Shown here one piece after another: positions 51,376 to 61,041 of a stretch of DNA of 64,000 nt (its first letter is position 1; every line of letters begins with the position of its first letter). The stretch comes from Longimicrobiales bacterium (GTDB lineage: Bacteria; Gemmatimonadota; Gemmatimonadetes; Longimicrobiales; RSA9). A model generated the notes under the pieces. The model had not been told where the DNA came from. It did no database searches and saw only the letters and a program-made list of their open reading frames with translations. Made by a program: the position numbers and the translations under genes. The DNA lies in NCBI GenBank assembly GCA_036374995.1, contig DASUSS010000152.1:1123-65122 (forward strand), given 5' to 3'.

Positions 51376-51410
51376 AACGGCCCGTGGCGGTTTGTCACGG
51401 GCCGTTTTTT
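51376..51410 (+). terminator. Rho-independent terminator
   Basis: 11-bp GC-rich stem AACGGCCCGTG/CACGGGCCGTT with a 9-nt loop. The two terminal T of the stem open an 8-nt U-tract. Lies 21 nt after the ferritin-like stop. Confidence 0.75.
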
Positions 51411-51450
51411 CATTTGCCGGAGTGCGGCTCCGCGCGCAGAACACCGACCC

Positions 51451-51627
51451 GTGTGCGTGTGGCAAGGGAGCGTGTGCGTGAGCGGTCACACGGCCCACGG
51501 ACTCACGCACACGCACACGCACGCACACGCACACGCGCACAGCACACGCACACAGCACACGCACACAGCACACGCACACGCACACGGCACACGGCACAAG
51601 GACACACGCACACAGCACAGGCACACG
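51451..51627. repeat. Imperfect CA/CG simple-sequence tract (CACACG / CAGCACACGCACA units)
   Basis: About 130 nt of near-continuous alternating pyrimidine-purine (51503..51627), preceded by complementary GTGTGCGTGTG / CGTGTGCGTG blocks at 51451 and 51471. Confidence 0.75.
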
Positions 51628-51697
51628 GGAATTTCGGCATCGTCAGGCTGCACGATCAGCGGAACGACGATATCTCAGTGTCTCTGTGCCTCTGTGA

Positions 51698-52375
51698 TCA
51701 GATCGCGATCCAGCGGTCGATGGCGCGGAGTGTGGCGAGGCAGACGGCCTCTTCGACGGCGCGGGCGGGGTCGACGGGGACGATGCCGGAGAGGGTAGCG
51801 ACGCGGCGGCCGATGGAGGCCTCGACGGATACGATGGCGTAGTTGCGGCCGAACATGGATGTGACGACGGCGGCCTCGAGTCCGAGCGCGAGGCCCTCGG
51901 TGGCGTTTTCGGCGGCGCGCAGGGTGGCCTTGGCGGCGGCGCGGGCGCGGCCTCCGCTGGTATCGAGCTCACTGGCCTCGCCGGCGGCGATGCTGGAGTC
52001 GCGGGCGAGCTGGATGCGGCAGGTGATGTGCGATCCGGACCGGGTGAGGGTGAGGTCCTGGAGCAGGAGGAAGCGGGCGGTCGTGTGGGTCGGGATCGCA
52101 CCGCTGATCTCGTCGGGCAGCGCGACGGGGCAGGTGCGTACGGCCCGTGCGTCGTAGGGGATGCCGAGTGCGTGGAGGATGCGGGAGGCGGCGTTGACGA
52201 CGATGGTGGACGCGGCGCCGGGAACGACGTGGAGGCGGGCGTCGCGGAGGTGTCCGTCGTGATCGAGCCAGACGGCGGCGGCGGCGACGCCGGGCAGTCG
52301 TTCGAGCTCGCCCACGGCCCGCAGCTCGAGCTGGTGGAGGTCGGCCGTCGGGAACGGGGAGAACGCCTCAGCCAT
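51698..52375 (-). CDS. Hypothetical protein, paralogue A of a tandem pair
   Basis: ATG 52375 overlaps the upstream gene's stop (ATGGCTGA). C-terminal half aligns by eye with 52368..53090 (CR....R, GRA.AAA.A, LGLE, GR, AS.GRR, L.G, EA..LA.L.A..RW). Confidence 0.55.
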   Translation of the reverse strand: MAEAFSPFPTADLHQLELRAVGELERLPGVAAAAVWLDHDGHLRDARLHVVPGAASTIVVNAASRILHALGIPYDARAVRTCPVALPDEISGAIPTHTTARFLLLQDLTLTRSGSHITCRIQLARDSSIAAGEASELDTSGGRARAAAKATLRAAENATEGLALGLEAAVVTSMFGRNYAIVSVEASIGRRVATLSGIVPVDPARAVEEAVCLATLRAIDRWIAI

Positions 52376-53090
52376 CGAGGCCGGACCAGCGATTCGTCGC
52401 CTGGAGCGCCGCGAGGATCGCGGCCTCCTCGGGCGAGCGGTGGAGAGCGGCGGCGCCGGTGAGCGGGTGCTCGCGCCGTCCGACGGAGGCGCTCGCGGCG
52501 ACGAGCACGAAGGCCCGGCCATGACTCTCGACGAGGGTCACGCCCTCGAGGCCGAGCCGCTCGTCGTCGCGGGCGACGGCGAGGGCGGCGAAGATGGCAC
52601 GAGCGGCGGCCTGGGCGCGGCCGAGCGGGGTGCTCGGGCCGGTGCCGGAGCCGCTGATCGCCTCGTTGCCGCGCCGGATCGTCACCCGGCAGGCCGCCTC
52701 CAGATCGGGGCGGGTGCGGGCATCATAGCCGACGAATACGTACCGCCCAGCAATATTTTCCTCCCTCGCCTCGACCCGGTCCGGCCCCGCCGCCTGCGGC
52801 ACCTGTGGCGCATGTGCATCGGGTGTCAGGAACGCCGCCGGCTCGTCCGAGCGGACCTGCGCCACGCTGATCACGCGCCGATCCACCACGAGGCCGAGGC
52901 CTGCGCCGAGAGCGGATTCCACGTTTCGCACGATCTGCTTCGGGTGCAGCTCTTCGCTCGCCAGCACATGGATTTCCTCGACCGCGCCGGCTTCATCGAG
53001 CGAGACGCGGGCCGCCAGGACGCCGCGGAGCGCGGCGATGAGACCCTCGATCTCGCTCTCGGGCCAGGTCGGCGAAACGGGTTCAGGCAT
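52368..53090 (-). CDS. Hypothetical protein, paralogue B of a tandem pair
   Basis: Start chosen at MPEPVSPTW. N-terminal beta-alpha-beta-like module (LRGVLAARVSLDEAGAVEEIHVLA), low-complexity linker, repeated C-terminal module. Confidence 0.55.
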   Translation of the reverse strand: MPEPVSPTWPESEIEGLIAALRGVLAARVSLDEAGAVEEIHVLASEELHPKQIVRNVESALGAGLGLVVDRRVISVAQVRSDEPAAFLTPDAHAPQVPQAAGPDRVEAREENIAGRYVFVGYDARTRPDLEAACRVTIRRGNEAISGSGTGPSTPLGRAQAAARAIFAALAVARDDERLGLEGVTLVESHGRAFVLVAASASVGRREHPLTGAAALHRSPEEAAILAALQATNRWSGLDG

Positions 53091-53265
53091 CGGTGCCGGT
53101 TTCCTGATGAATGGGGTCGACGGGTGCCGGTAAGAGGCAAGCGGCGCGCCATCTGTTGTGCGCGTTGCCCGGGTCACGGGTGCGAAATATGTTGCCGGGA
53201 ACCGACGCCGCGGCACGGGAGTTCCTACAGCAGTCCACGACGCAGTAGAGCGGAATCAGGTGAAC

Positions 53266-54270
53266 ATGCCCACGACCGAGACAGTGATCATCATCGGCTC
53301 CGGACCGGCGGCCTGGACGGCGGCGGTGTACGCGGCCCGTGCGAACCTGGACCCGGTAGTATACGAGGGCGAGCCGAGCCGCACGATGCTGCCTGGCGGC
53401 CAGCTCATGTTCACCACGGAGGTCGAAAACTACCCCGGCTTCCCGGACGGCGTGACCGGTCCGGAGATGATGGAGCGGTTCAAGGAGCAGGCGCTGCGGT
53501 TCGGTACGCGGGTCGTGTCCGAGGATATCGCGAGCGTGGATCTGGGGCGTTACCCGTTCGTGGTCAGGCCGAATTACGGCGAGCCGGTGGAGGCGCTGTC
53601 GCTGGTCGTGGCGACCGGGGCGCGCGCGAACTGGCTGGGGCTGCCGAACGAGGAGCGGCTCGCGCAGAGCGGCGGTGGTGTCTCGGCCTGTGCGGTGTGC
53701 GACGGCGCGCTTCCGGTGTACCGGGACAAGGTGCTCGCGGTGGTAGGCGGCGGGGACACCGCGATGGAGGAGGCGCTGTACCTGACGAAATTCGGGAGCG
53801 AGGTCCTGATCATTCACCGGCGCGACCAGCTCCGGGCGTCACCGATCATGGCGGAGCGGGTGTTGAAGCATCCGAAGGTCCGGGTGCTGTGGAACACGAA
53901 GGTGACGGAGGTCCTGGGGTACGACCACGTGACGGGTCTGCGGATCGAGGACACGGTGACGGGCGAGTCGCGGGAGCTCGAGGTGGGCGGGCTGTTCATT
54001 GCGATCGGCCACACGCCGAACACGGCGTTCCTCGGCGGTCAGCTGGATCTGCACCCGAGCGGCTACATCCGCACGCCGGAGCCGTGGCGCACGATCACGA
54101 GCGTGCCGGGCGTATTTGCCGCGGGCGACGTCATGGACAGCTATTACCGACAGGCGGTGACGGCCGCGGGAACGGGCTGCATGGCGGCGCTGGAGGCCGA
54201 GCGCTGGCTCGCCCACCACGGCCACGGCGAGAGCCCGGTTCTCGAGACGGCCGAGGCGCCGGCGTCCTGA
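53266..54270 (+). CDS. trxB: Thioredoxin-disulfide reductase
   Basis: [17 protein letters not shown], redox CAVCDG, second [10 protein letters not shown]. Confidence 0.9.
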   Translation: MPTTETVIIIGSGPAAWTAAVYAARANLDPVVYEGEPSRTMLPGGQLMFTTEVENYPGFPDGVTGPEMMERFKEQALRFGTRVVSEDIASVDLGRYPFVVRPNYGEPVEALSLVVATGARANWLGLPNEERLAQSGGGVSACAVCDGALPVYRDKVLAVVGGGDTAMEEALYLTKFGSEVLIIHRRDQLRASPIMAERVLKHPKVRVLWNTKVTEVLGYDHVTGLRIEDTVTGESRELEVGGLFIAIGHTPNTAFLGGQLDLHPSGYIRTPEPWRTITSVPGVFAAGDVMDSYYRQAVTAAGTGCMAALEAERWLAHHGHGESPVLETAEAPAS

Positions 54271-54307
54271 TCGCCCGCCCGTCCCGCACGCCCGCCCGGG
54301 CGTCCGT

Positions 54308-56359
54308 CTAGCGGCGGATGCCGATCCCGCGCAGCAGCCGGTCCATGAACCCCCGGGGATGCGCGGGACAGTGGTCGGTCGGCTCGGTGCCGGGCACGAA
54401 GTACTCGACCCGAACATCGGCCGGCGGGCAGTTCGGCGTCGCGAGCCGGCCGGTGACCTCGTCGATGTGTGCGCCCGTCAGCGAGGGCGGGGGCGACCAG
54501 TCGACCGGTGCTTCCCGGTCGGCGTACACCGCCTTCATCGTGGCCGCCCAGATCGGCGCGGCGAGCGTACCGCCGAACGCGCCCGGCAGGATCTGTTTCG
54601 GCTGATCGAATCCGATCCACACTCCGGCCGCGACGTCCGGCGTCATCCCCACGAACCAGACATCCTTCGCATCGTTCGTCGTGCCGGTCTTGCCGGCGGC
54701 CGGCAGCCAGAACCCGCTGCTGCGCACGGCGAGTCCGGTCCCCCGGTCGATCACATCCTCCATGAGCGACGTCGTGAGGAACGCGGTCCCGCTGTCGAGC
54801 ACGTGCGGCCCGCCGTCGGGTGCGCTCCACAGGACGCGGCCGTGGGCGTCCTCGACGCGCGCGATCAGCTGCGGCGTGACGCGGTAGCCGCCGTTGGCGA
54901 GCGTGGCATAGGCGGCGGTGAGCTCGGCCGGAATCACCTCGGCCGAGCCGAGGAGGATGGACGGATAGTCCGGTATGGCGGTCGTGAGGCCGAGCGTACG
55001 CGCCATCGCCGCGACGCGGTCGATGCCGGCCCACTGGCCGACACGGACGGCCGCGTTGTTGGACGAGAGCACGAGCGCCTCGCGCACCGTGAGCATCGTC
55101 ACGCTGTCCGGCACGTGGTCGTCCGGGCGCCACGCGACGCCGCTCACCGCCACGTCCACGGGCGTCGTCTCGATCAGCGCAGCGGGCGACAGGCCGTTCT
55201 GGAGTGCCGCGGCGTAGACGATCGGCTTGAACGTCGAGCCCGGCTGGCGCCGCGCATGGAACACGCGGTCGTACGCCGAGTGCTGGAAGTCCCGGCCGCC
55301 GACGAGGGCCCGCACGGCGCCCGTGTGCACATCCAGCACGATCACCATCCCCTGGAGGTAGGGTGATCCGCTGCCCTGCGCGGCATCGAGCCGGTCGCTT
55401 TCCGGTCTCTCGTGACGCCACTTCCCGTACTTCCCGCTCTCGATGTTGCGGAGCTGTCTCACGAGCGCATCGTGCGCGGCCTTCTGGATGGCCGGGTCGA
55501 GTCCCGTATACACGCGCAGTCCCTGCACGTCCGCATCCTCGCCGAACCGCTCGCGCAGCTCGCGCCGCACCGCGGCGACGTAGTACGGCGCAGCGCCCGC
55601 AGCCTCGGGCGGCGGCGCGAGCGCGAGCTGCTCCGACTTCGCCTCCTGCGCATCGGCAGCACTGACCACCGTCTCGCGCACCAGCACATCCAGCACAACG
55701 TTCCGCCGGGCGAGCGCGCGCTCCGGATGCTTGCGCGGATTGTAGCCCTCGGGGTTCTTGACCAGACCAATCAGTACCGCCGCCTCGGACAGCGTCAGGC
55801 TGCGCGCCGGCTTGCCGAAGTATCCGCGCGAGGCCTCCTCGACGCCGTACTTGCCGTCGCCGAAGTAGACCTGGTTGATGTACATGCGGAGGATCTCGCG
55901 CTTCGTGAACGCGTCCTCGATCCGGCCGGCCAGCCGGACCTCGCAGAGCTTGCGGCGCAGCTTGTCGGAGCGCGGTAGCTCCTCGGGGAAGACGTTGCGC
56001 GCAAGCTGCATCGTGATCGTCGAGAACCCCTCGGAGAACGAGAGCGACGTGATGTTGCGCCACATGGCGCGGCCCGCGCCGCGCACGTCCACACCGCCGT
56101 GCTGCCAGAACCGGCGATCCTCCACGGCGACGAACCCGTTCGACAGCATCGGCGGTACGTCGGCGAGCTCGACCAGGACGCGGCGCTCGGGCGAGAGGTC
56201 GGCGATGAGCGAGCCATCACCTGCATACAGGCGGGTCGCTTCGGGCGGACGATAGTCGCGCAGCGCAGCCACGGTCGGGCAGCCCTGCGCGCTCGCCGCC
56301 GCCGGAGCCGCGGCCGGAAGGGCGCCACACAGCGCCGAAAGTATCAGGAATCTCCTCAT
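54308..56359 (-). CDS. mrcA: Penicillin-binding protein 1A (bifunctional glycosyltransferase/transpeptidase)
   Basis: GT51 motifs EDRRFWQHGG and GFSTITMQLARN. Transpeptidase STFK, SSN and KTGTT. Confidence 0.9.
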   Translation of the reverse strand: MRRFLILSALCGALPAAAPAAASAQGCPTVAALRDYRPPEATRLYAGDGSLIADLSPERRVLVELADVPPMLSNGFVAVEDRRFWQHGGVDVRGAGRAMWRNITSLSFSEGFSTITMQLARNVFPEELPRSDKLRRKLCEVRLAGRIEDAFTKREILRMYINQVYFGDGKYGVEEASRGYFGKPARSLTLSEAAVLIGLVKNPEGYNPRKHPERALARRNVVLDVLVRETVVSAADAQEAKSEQLALAPPPEAAGAAPYYVAAVRRELRERFGEDADVQGLRVYTGLDPAIQKAAHDALVRQLRNIESGKYGKWRHERPESDRLDAAQGSGSPYLQGMVIVLDVHTGAVRALVGGRDFQHSAYDRVFHARRQPGSTFKPIVYAAALQNGLSPAALIETTPVDVAVSGVAWRPDDHVPDSVTMLTVREALVLSSNNAAVRVGQWAGIDRVAAMARTLGLTTAIPDYPSILLGSAEVIPAELTAAYATLANGGYRVTPQLIARVEDAHGRVLWSAPDGGPHVLDSGTAFLTTSLMEDVIDRGTGLAVRSSGFWLPAAGKTGTTNDAKDVWFVGMTPDVAAGVWIGFDQPKQILPGAFGGTLAAPIWAATMKAVYADREAPVDWSPPPSLTGAHIDEVTGRLATPNCPPADVRVEYFVPGTEPTDHCPAHPRGFMDRLLRGIGIRR

Positions 56360-56376
56360 GGCCGGCTTCTACACCG

Positions 56377-57099
56377 TCAGAGCAGCATCCTTCCACCGTC
56401 GACCACCAGGTTCTGCCCGGTCACGAAATCGGACCGGACGAGATAGAGCAGGGCGCGCGTGGCGTCCGCCGTCTCGCCGCTGCGAGCGACCAGCCTCCGC
56501 TCGCTGCCCTCCTCGCCCTCGTGGTGCTCGGGCGGGAGGATGGTGCCGGGCGCGATGGCATTGACGCGGACGTCGGGCGCGAGAGCGCGGGCGAGCACGC
56601 GGGTCAGATGCAGCAGTGCCGCCTTCGATGTCGCATGGTGCGCGAACGATGGCCACGGCTGGAGCGCCGACAGGTCCACGATGTTGACGATGACGCCACC
56701 GCCGTCGCGCCGCAGCAGCGGTGCGGCCGCCTGCGACAGGAAGAACGGGCCCTTGAGGTTGACGCCGAGCACGCGGTCCCACGCGGCCTCATCGATGTCC
56801 GCGAGCGGAGCGCGCTCGAAGAGGGATGCGCTGTTGACGAGGATGTCGAGCCGCCCGTACGCGCGCTCCGTCTCGCTCACGAGGCGGTGAATGTCGTCCA
56901 GGCGCGAGATGTCCGCCCGTACGGCGATCGCGCGGCGGCCGAGCCGCGCGATGTCGTCGACGGTCGCGGCCGCGTCCGTCGCGGACGTGTTGTAGTTGAT
57001 GACGATGTCGCAGCCGGCCTCGGCGAGCGCCAGGCCGAACGCGCGGCCGACGCGGCGTGCGCCGCCCGTTACGAGCGCGACTCTGCCTTCCGTTTCCAT
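56377..57099 (-). CDS. SDR-family oxidoreductase (pteridine-reductase-like)
   Basis: TGGARRVG, NSAS, catalytic H(Y-position)xxxK region. Start at METEGRVALVTG. Confidence 0.75.
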   Translation of the reverse strand: METEGRVALVTGGARRVGRAFGLALAEAGCDIVINYNTSATDAAATVDDIARLGRRAIAVRADISRLDDIHRLVSETERAYGRLDILVNSASLFERAPLADIDEAAWDRVLGVNLKGPFFLSQAAAPLLRRDGGGVIVNIVDLSALQPWPSFAHHATSKAALLHLTRVLARALAPDVRVNAIAPGTILPPEHHEGEEGSERRLVARSGETADATRALLYLVRSDFVTGQNLVVDGGRMLL

Positions 57100-57180
57100 G
57101 CGCGGAAGGATAGTGGCGAGGCGGAAGCCCGGCAATTAAACTCCCGGTCCGCTTTCGTTCGCAGTGTCGGGGAGGGCAGG

Positions 57181-57909
57181 ATGTCGGTGGATCTGTCGGG
57201 ACGGGTGGCCGTGGTGACGGGTGGCAGTCGCGGCATCGGTTATGCCATTGCCGATGCGCTGGCGGCCGCGGGCGCAAGCGTCGCGATCGGCGCGCGCACC
57301 GCCCGCGATGTCGAGCATGCGGCGCGCCAGCTGACGAACGCCCACGCGGGAGCCCGCTGCATCGGCGTGCCGTGCGATGTCCGCTCGCAGCAGGACTGCG
57401 AGCGGCTGGTCGACGCCGCCGTGAAGCAGCTCGGCCGGCTCGACATCCTGGTGAACAACGCCGGCATCGGCCGCTTCGCTGCCGTCGCCGAGATGGACCC
57501 GGACGACTGGCGTGCCGTGATCGAGACGAACCTCAACAGCCTGTTCTACTGCACGCACGCCGCGCTGCCGCACCTCACGCGCGCCGGCACGGGCTGGGTG
57601 ATCAACATCGGCAGTCTCGCCGGGAAGAACGCGTTCCCCCGCGGCGCCGCATACAACGCGAGCAAGTTCGGCCTGATCGGGTTCAGCGAGGCACTGATGC
57701 AGGAGGTCCGTCACGACGGCGTGCGCGTCAGCTACATCATGCCGGGCAGCGTCGCGACCGAATTCTCGCATCCGTCCGGCGGCAGCAGCGGCGAGGAATG
57801 GAAGGTCCAGGCGGCGGACATCGCGCAGATCGTGATGGACCTGCTGGGCACGCCGGAGCGGACGCTGCCGAGTCGCATCGAGGTGCGCCCGTCGCGGCCG
57901 CCGAAGTAG
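57181..57909 (+). CDS. SDR-family oxidoreductase
   Basis: TGGSRGIG, NNAG, YNASK catalytic motif. Confidence 0.85.
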   Translation: MSVDLSGRVAVVTGGSRGIGYAIADALAAAGASVAIGARTARDVEHAARQLTNAHAGARCIGVPCDVRSQQDCERLVDAAVKQLGRLDILVNNAGIGRFAAVAEMDPDDWRAVIETNLNSLFYCTHAALPHLTRAGTGWVINIGSLAGKNAFPRGAAYNASKFGLIGFSEALMQEVRHDGVRVSYIMPGSVATEFSHPSGGSSGEEWKVQAADIAQIVMDLLGTPERTLPSRIEVRPSRPPK

Positions 57910-57995
57910 ACGCTCGACGCAGCCGGACGGGATCCGGCGCGAATCAGGACACAGCCGCCGCGTGCGATTGCGGTGGAGCACGAGGGATACGGCAG

Positions 57996-59405
57996 ATGGC
58001 GACACATCGGATCGAGAAGGACTCGCTCGGCGAGATGAAGGTGCCGGCGGCTGCACTGTGGGGCGCACAGACGCAGCGCGCCGTGGAGAACTTCCCCATC
58101 AGCGATCTGCGCTTCCCGCGCTCGTTCATAGCAGCGCTCGGCGTGATCAAGAAGGCGTCGGCCGAGACGAACGCCGCGCTCGGCGTGATCGATACCGAGA
58201 CGGCCGACGCGATCATCGCGGCGACCGACGAGGTGATCCGCGGTGACCACGATGCCCACTTCGTGCTCGACATCTTCCAGACGGGCAGCGGCACGTCGAC
58301 GAACATGAACGCGAACGAGGTGATCGCGCATCGCGCCGCGCAGATCCGCAGCGGTGCGCGCATTCACCCGAACGATCACGTCAACGCGGGACAGTCCTCG
58401 AACGATGTGATCCCGACGGCGATGCAGGTCGCGGCGTGTGTCAGCATCGAGCGTGACCTGATCCCGGCACTGGAGCGGCTGCGCGACTCGCTGGCGGCGA
58501 AGGCGCGCGAGTTCGACCACATCGTGAAGTCCGGTCGCACCCATCTGATGGATGCCACGCCGGTGCGACTCGGTCAGGAGTTCGGCGGATACGCGGCGCA
58601 GATCGAGCTCGGCATCCGCCGCCTGCGCGAGGCGGAGCGCGACCTGCGCGATCTGCCGCTGGGCGGGACCGCCGTCGGCACCGGCATCAACACGCCGCCG
58701 GAGTTCGCACCGGCCACGATCGCACGGATCGCGGAGAGCACGGGCATCCAGTTCCGGGAGGCGGAGAACCACTTCGAGCGACAGGGTACGCGCGACACGA
58801 TCGTCTACGCGCACGGCGCGCTGAACACGCTCGCCGTTTCGCTCATGCGGATCGCGAACGACATCCGCCTGCTCGGCAGCGGCCCACGCGCCGGTCTGAA
58901 CGAGATCACGCTCCCCGCGGTCCAGCCGGGGTCGAGCATCATGCCCGGCAAGGTAAACCCCGTGATCGCCGAAGCAGTGACGATGGTGGCGGCGCAGGTG
59001 ATGGGGAACCACACGACGATCACGGTCGGCGGGCAGGGCAGCTTCTTCGAGCTGAACGTCATGATGCCGGTCATGACGCACGCGATGCTCCAGTCGATCT
59101 CCCTGCTGTCCAGCGCCGCACGCGTGTTCGCGGACAAGTGTGTGGCTGGCATCGTCGCCAACGAGGACCGCTGCCGCGAGCTGCTCGAGGGCAATCTGTC
59201 CCTCGCGACCGCACTCGCGCCGAAGATCGGCTACGACGAGGCCGCGTCGATCGCGAAGCAGGCGTTCAAGGAAGGGAAGACCGCGCGGGCCGTAGCGCGC
59301 GAGCGCGGCGTGCTGCCGGAACAGGAGCTGGACGCGGTGCTCGATGCGAGGGCGATGACGGAGCCGGGGATTCCCGGCGGCAAGCCGATGCCGGGCGGCG
59401 GGTGA
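57996..59405 (+). CDS. fumC: Class II fumarate hydratase
   Basis: HRIEKDSLGEMKVP start, GSSIMPGKVNP signature. Confidence 0.9.
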   Translation: MATHRIEKDSLGEMKVPAAALWGAQTQRAVENFPISDLRFPRSFIAALGVIKKASAETNAALGVIDTETADAIIAATDEVIRGDHDAHFVLDIFQTGSGTSTNMNANEVIAHRAAQIRSGARIHPNDHVNAGQSSNDVIPTAMQVAACVSIERDLIPALERLRDSLAAKAREFDHIVKSGRTHLMDATPVRLGQEFGGYAAQIELGIRRLREAERDLRDLPLGGTAVGTGINTPPEFAPATIARIAESTGIQFREAENHFERQGTRDTIVYAHGALNTLAVSLMRIANDIRLLGSGPRAGLNEITLPAVQPGSSIMPGKVNPVIAEAVTMVAAQVMGNHTTITVGGQGSFFELNVMMPVMTHAMLQSISLLSSAARVFADKCVAGIVANEDRCRELLEGNLSLATALAPKIGYDEAASIAKQAFKEGKTARAVARERGVLPEQELDAVLDARAMTEPGIPGGKPMPGGG

Positions 59406-59435
59406 GCTCGGTGCTCAGCTCGCATTGAACAGAAT

Positions 59436-59554
59436 CAACCGCGGAGGGCGCGGAGCGACGGCGAGGTTCGGGAGGCGCGCCGGCAGTGCAGCAACTTTGC
59501 CTCACTGCCCGTGTGACCTCCCTGTCTCGCCCTGCTCCGCGCCCTCCGCGATTG
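59436..59554. repeat. Second copy of the CCGCGGAGG-type intergenic inverted repeat (21-bp arms, 20/21, 77-nt spacer)
   Basis: CAACCGCGGAGGGCGCGGAGC at 59436..59456 pairs with GCTCCGCGCCCTCCGCGATTG at 59534..59554. Lies between convergent fumC and the symporter gene. Confidence 0.65.
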
Positions 59555-59602
59555 ACTCTGTCGTGTTCTACCCTGCGGACCCGGCTGACGAACGGCAACG
59601 GA

Positions 59603-60973
59603 TCAGGCCGTGACCTTCTCGGCCGCGTGGTCGTGCTCGAGCGCCTCGACGGCGGCCTCGGTCGAGAAGTCGGGCGCGGTCGCAGGCACCAGGTCGTACC
59701 CCTCGCTCCGCGCGACGACGATCGAGCCGAGCAGGTCCGCGGTCACGTTCGGGACCGTGCGCGACATGTCGAGGATGCGGTCCACGCCGAGGATGAGCGC
59801 GATCCCCTCCCCGGGCACTCCCACCATCACGAGCACCATGACGAGCAGCGGAATCGAGCCGCCGGGCACGCCCGCGGCGCCGATTGCCGTGATGATCGAC
59901 ATGATCACGACGATCAGCTGGGAGCCGAGCGAGAGGTCGATGCCGAAGACCTGCGCGAGGAACAGCACGGTCATGCCCTCGAAGAGCGCCGTCCCGTTCA
60001 TGTTCATGGTCGCACCGAGCGGGATCACGAAGCCGGCGATCTGACGAGGCACGCCGAATTCCTCCTCGGCCGTGCGCAGCGTGGTGGGCATGGTGGCGTT
60101 GGAGCTCGAGGTCGAGAACGCCGTGACCATCATGAAGCGCGCGCGCCGGAACAGCACGCGCGGGCTGATGCCCGCGAGGAATTTGCCGATCAGCGCGAGC
60201 GTGCCGAACTGATGGATGATCAGGCCCGTCAGCACCATGATCACGTACAGACCGAGGGAACGGAGCACGTCGAACCCGAACTGCGCGGTGACGGCATAGA
60301 TCAGGCCGGCGACGCCGTACGGTGCGAGCTTCATCGCGAAGCCGATGATCTCGATGATCGCCTGGGCAATGCCTTCCAGTCCGCGGATCACCGGCGCCGA
60401 CAGCTCCTTCGGGATTCGTGTCAGCGCGATGCCGAACAGCAGCGTGAAGAAGATCACGCCGAGCATGTTGCCATCGACCGCTGCCTTGATCGGGTTGCGC
60501 GGTACGATGGCGATGAACGTCTGGATGCCGAAGCCGTTCGTCTCGGACATGGACACCCGCTCCGCGGCCTGGCCGGAGTATTCGGCGAGGAGGGCCGCAC
60601 GGACGGCGGGATCGATCGCACCGCCCGGCTCGATCAGGTTCGCGAGCACGAGGCCGAGCGCAACGGCGAGGAACGTGGTGAACAGGAAGAAGCCGATGGT
60701 CTTGCCGCCGACGCGACCGAGCTTGCTCAGGTCGCCCAGGCCGGCGACGCCGAGTGCAAGCGTGGTGAACACGAGCGGCATCACGACCATGAACAGCATG
60801 CCGAGGAAGATCTGGCCGACGGGCTGGGCGACGTACGTCACGACGGCGTCGACCCAGGGTTGGCCCTGTGCGAAGACATTGGTGAGGATGCCGGCGATCG
60901 CGCCGAGCGCGAGGCCGAGCAGGATCTTCGTGTGGAGCGGCAGACCGCGACGCTCTCCGGCCTCAGCAGGCAT
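59603..60973 (-). CDS. Dicarboxylate/amino acid:cation symporter (DAACS family)
   Basis: Multi-TM protein with the AFSTSSSNATMP and GVPGGS reentrant-loop motifs. Confidence 0.9.
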   Translation of the reverse strand: MPAEAGERRGLPLHTKILLGLALGAIAGILTNVFAQGQPWVDAVVTYVAQPVGQIFLGMLFMVVMPLVFTTLALGVAGLGDLSKLGRVGGKTIGFFLFTTFLAVALGLVLANLIEPGGAIDPAVRAALLAEYSGQAAERVSMSETNGFGIQTFIAIVPRNPIKAAVDGNMLGVIFFTLLFGIALTRIPKELSAPVIRGLEGIAQAIIEIIGFAMKLAPYGVAGLIYAVTAQFGFDVLRSLGLYVIMVLTGLIIHQFGTLALIGKFLAGISPRVLFRRARFMMVTAFSTSSSNATMPTTLRTAEEEFGVPRQIAGFVIPLGATMNMNGTALFEGMTVLFLAQVFGIDLSLGSQLIVVIMSIITAIGAAGVPGGSIPLLVMVLVMVGVPGEGIALILGVDRILDMSRTVPNVTADLLGSIVVARSEGYDLVPATAPDFSTEAAVEALEHDHAAEKVTA

Positions 60974-61041
60974 GGACGGACTCCGTGAAGTGCGAGATTG
61001 CGGACTCGAAAACGCCGCGTCGGGACGACGCGGCGTGAGGG

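Noticed and set aside
51451-51627. Possible CRISPR array
   Set aside because: Units are 6 to 13 bp and contiguous, with no unique spacers of about 30 bp. No cas genes lie nearby. It is a simple-sequence repeat.
51264-51842. 192-aa ORF encoding a His/Thr/Ala-rich repeat (HTHTHAHAHA...)
   Set aside because: It is merely the translation of the CACACG simple repeat. It begins inside the ferritin-like gene in another frame and crosses a strong terminator.
54144-56063. 639-aa minus-strand ORF overlapping PBP1A in another frame
   Set aside because: The 54308..56359 frame carries all GT51 and transpeptidase motifs. The alternative frame is Arg/Gly/Ala-rich with no motifs.
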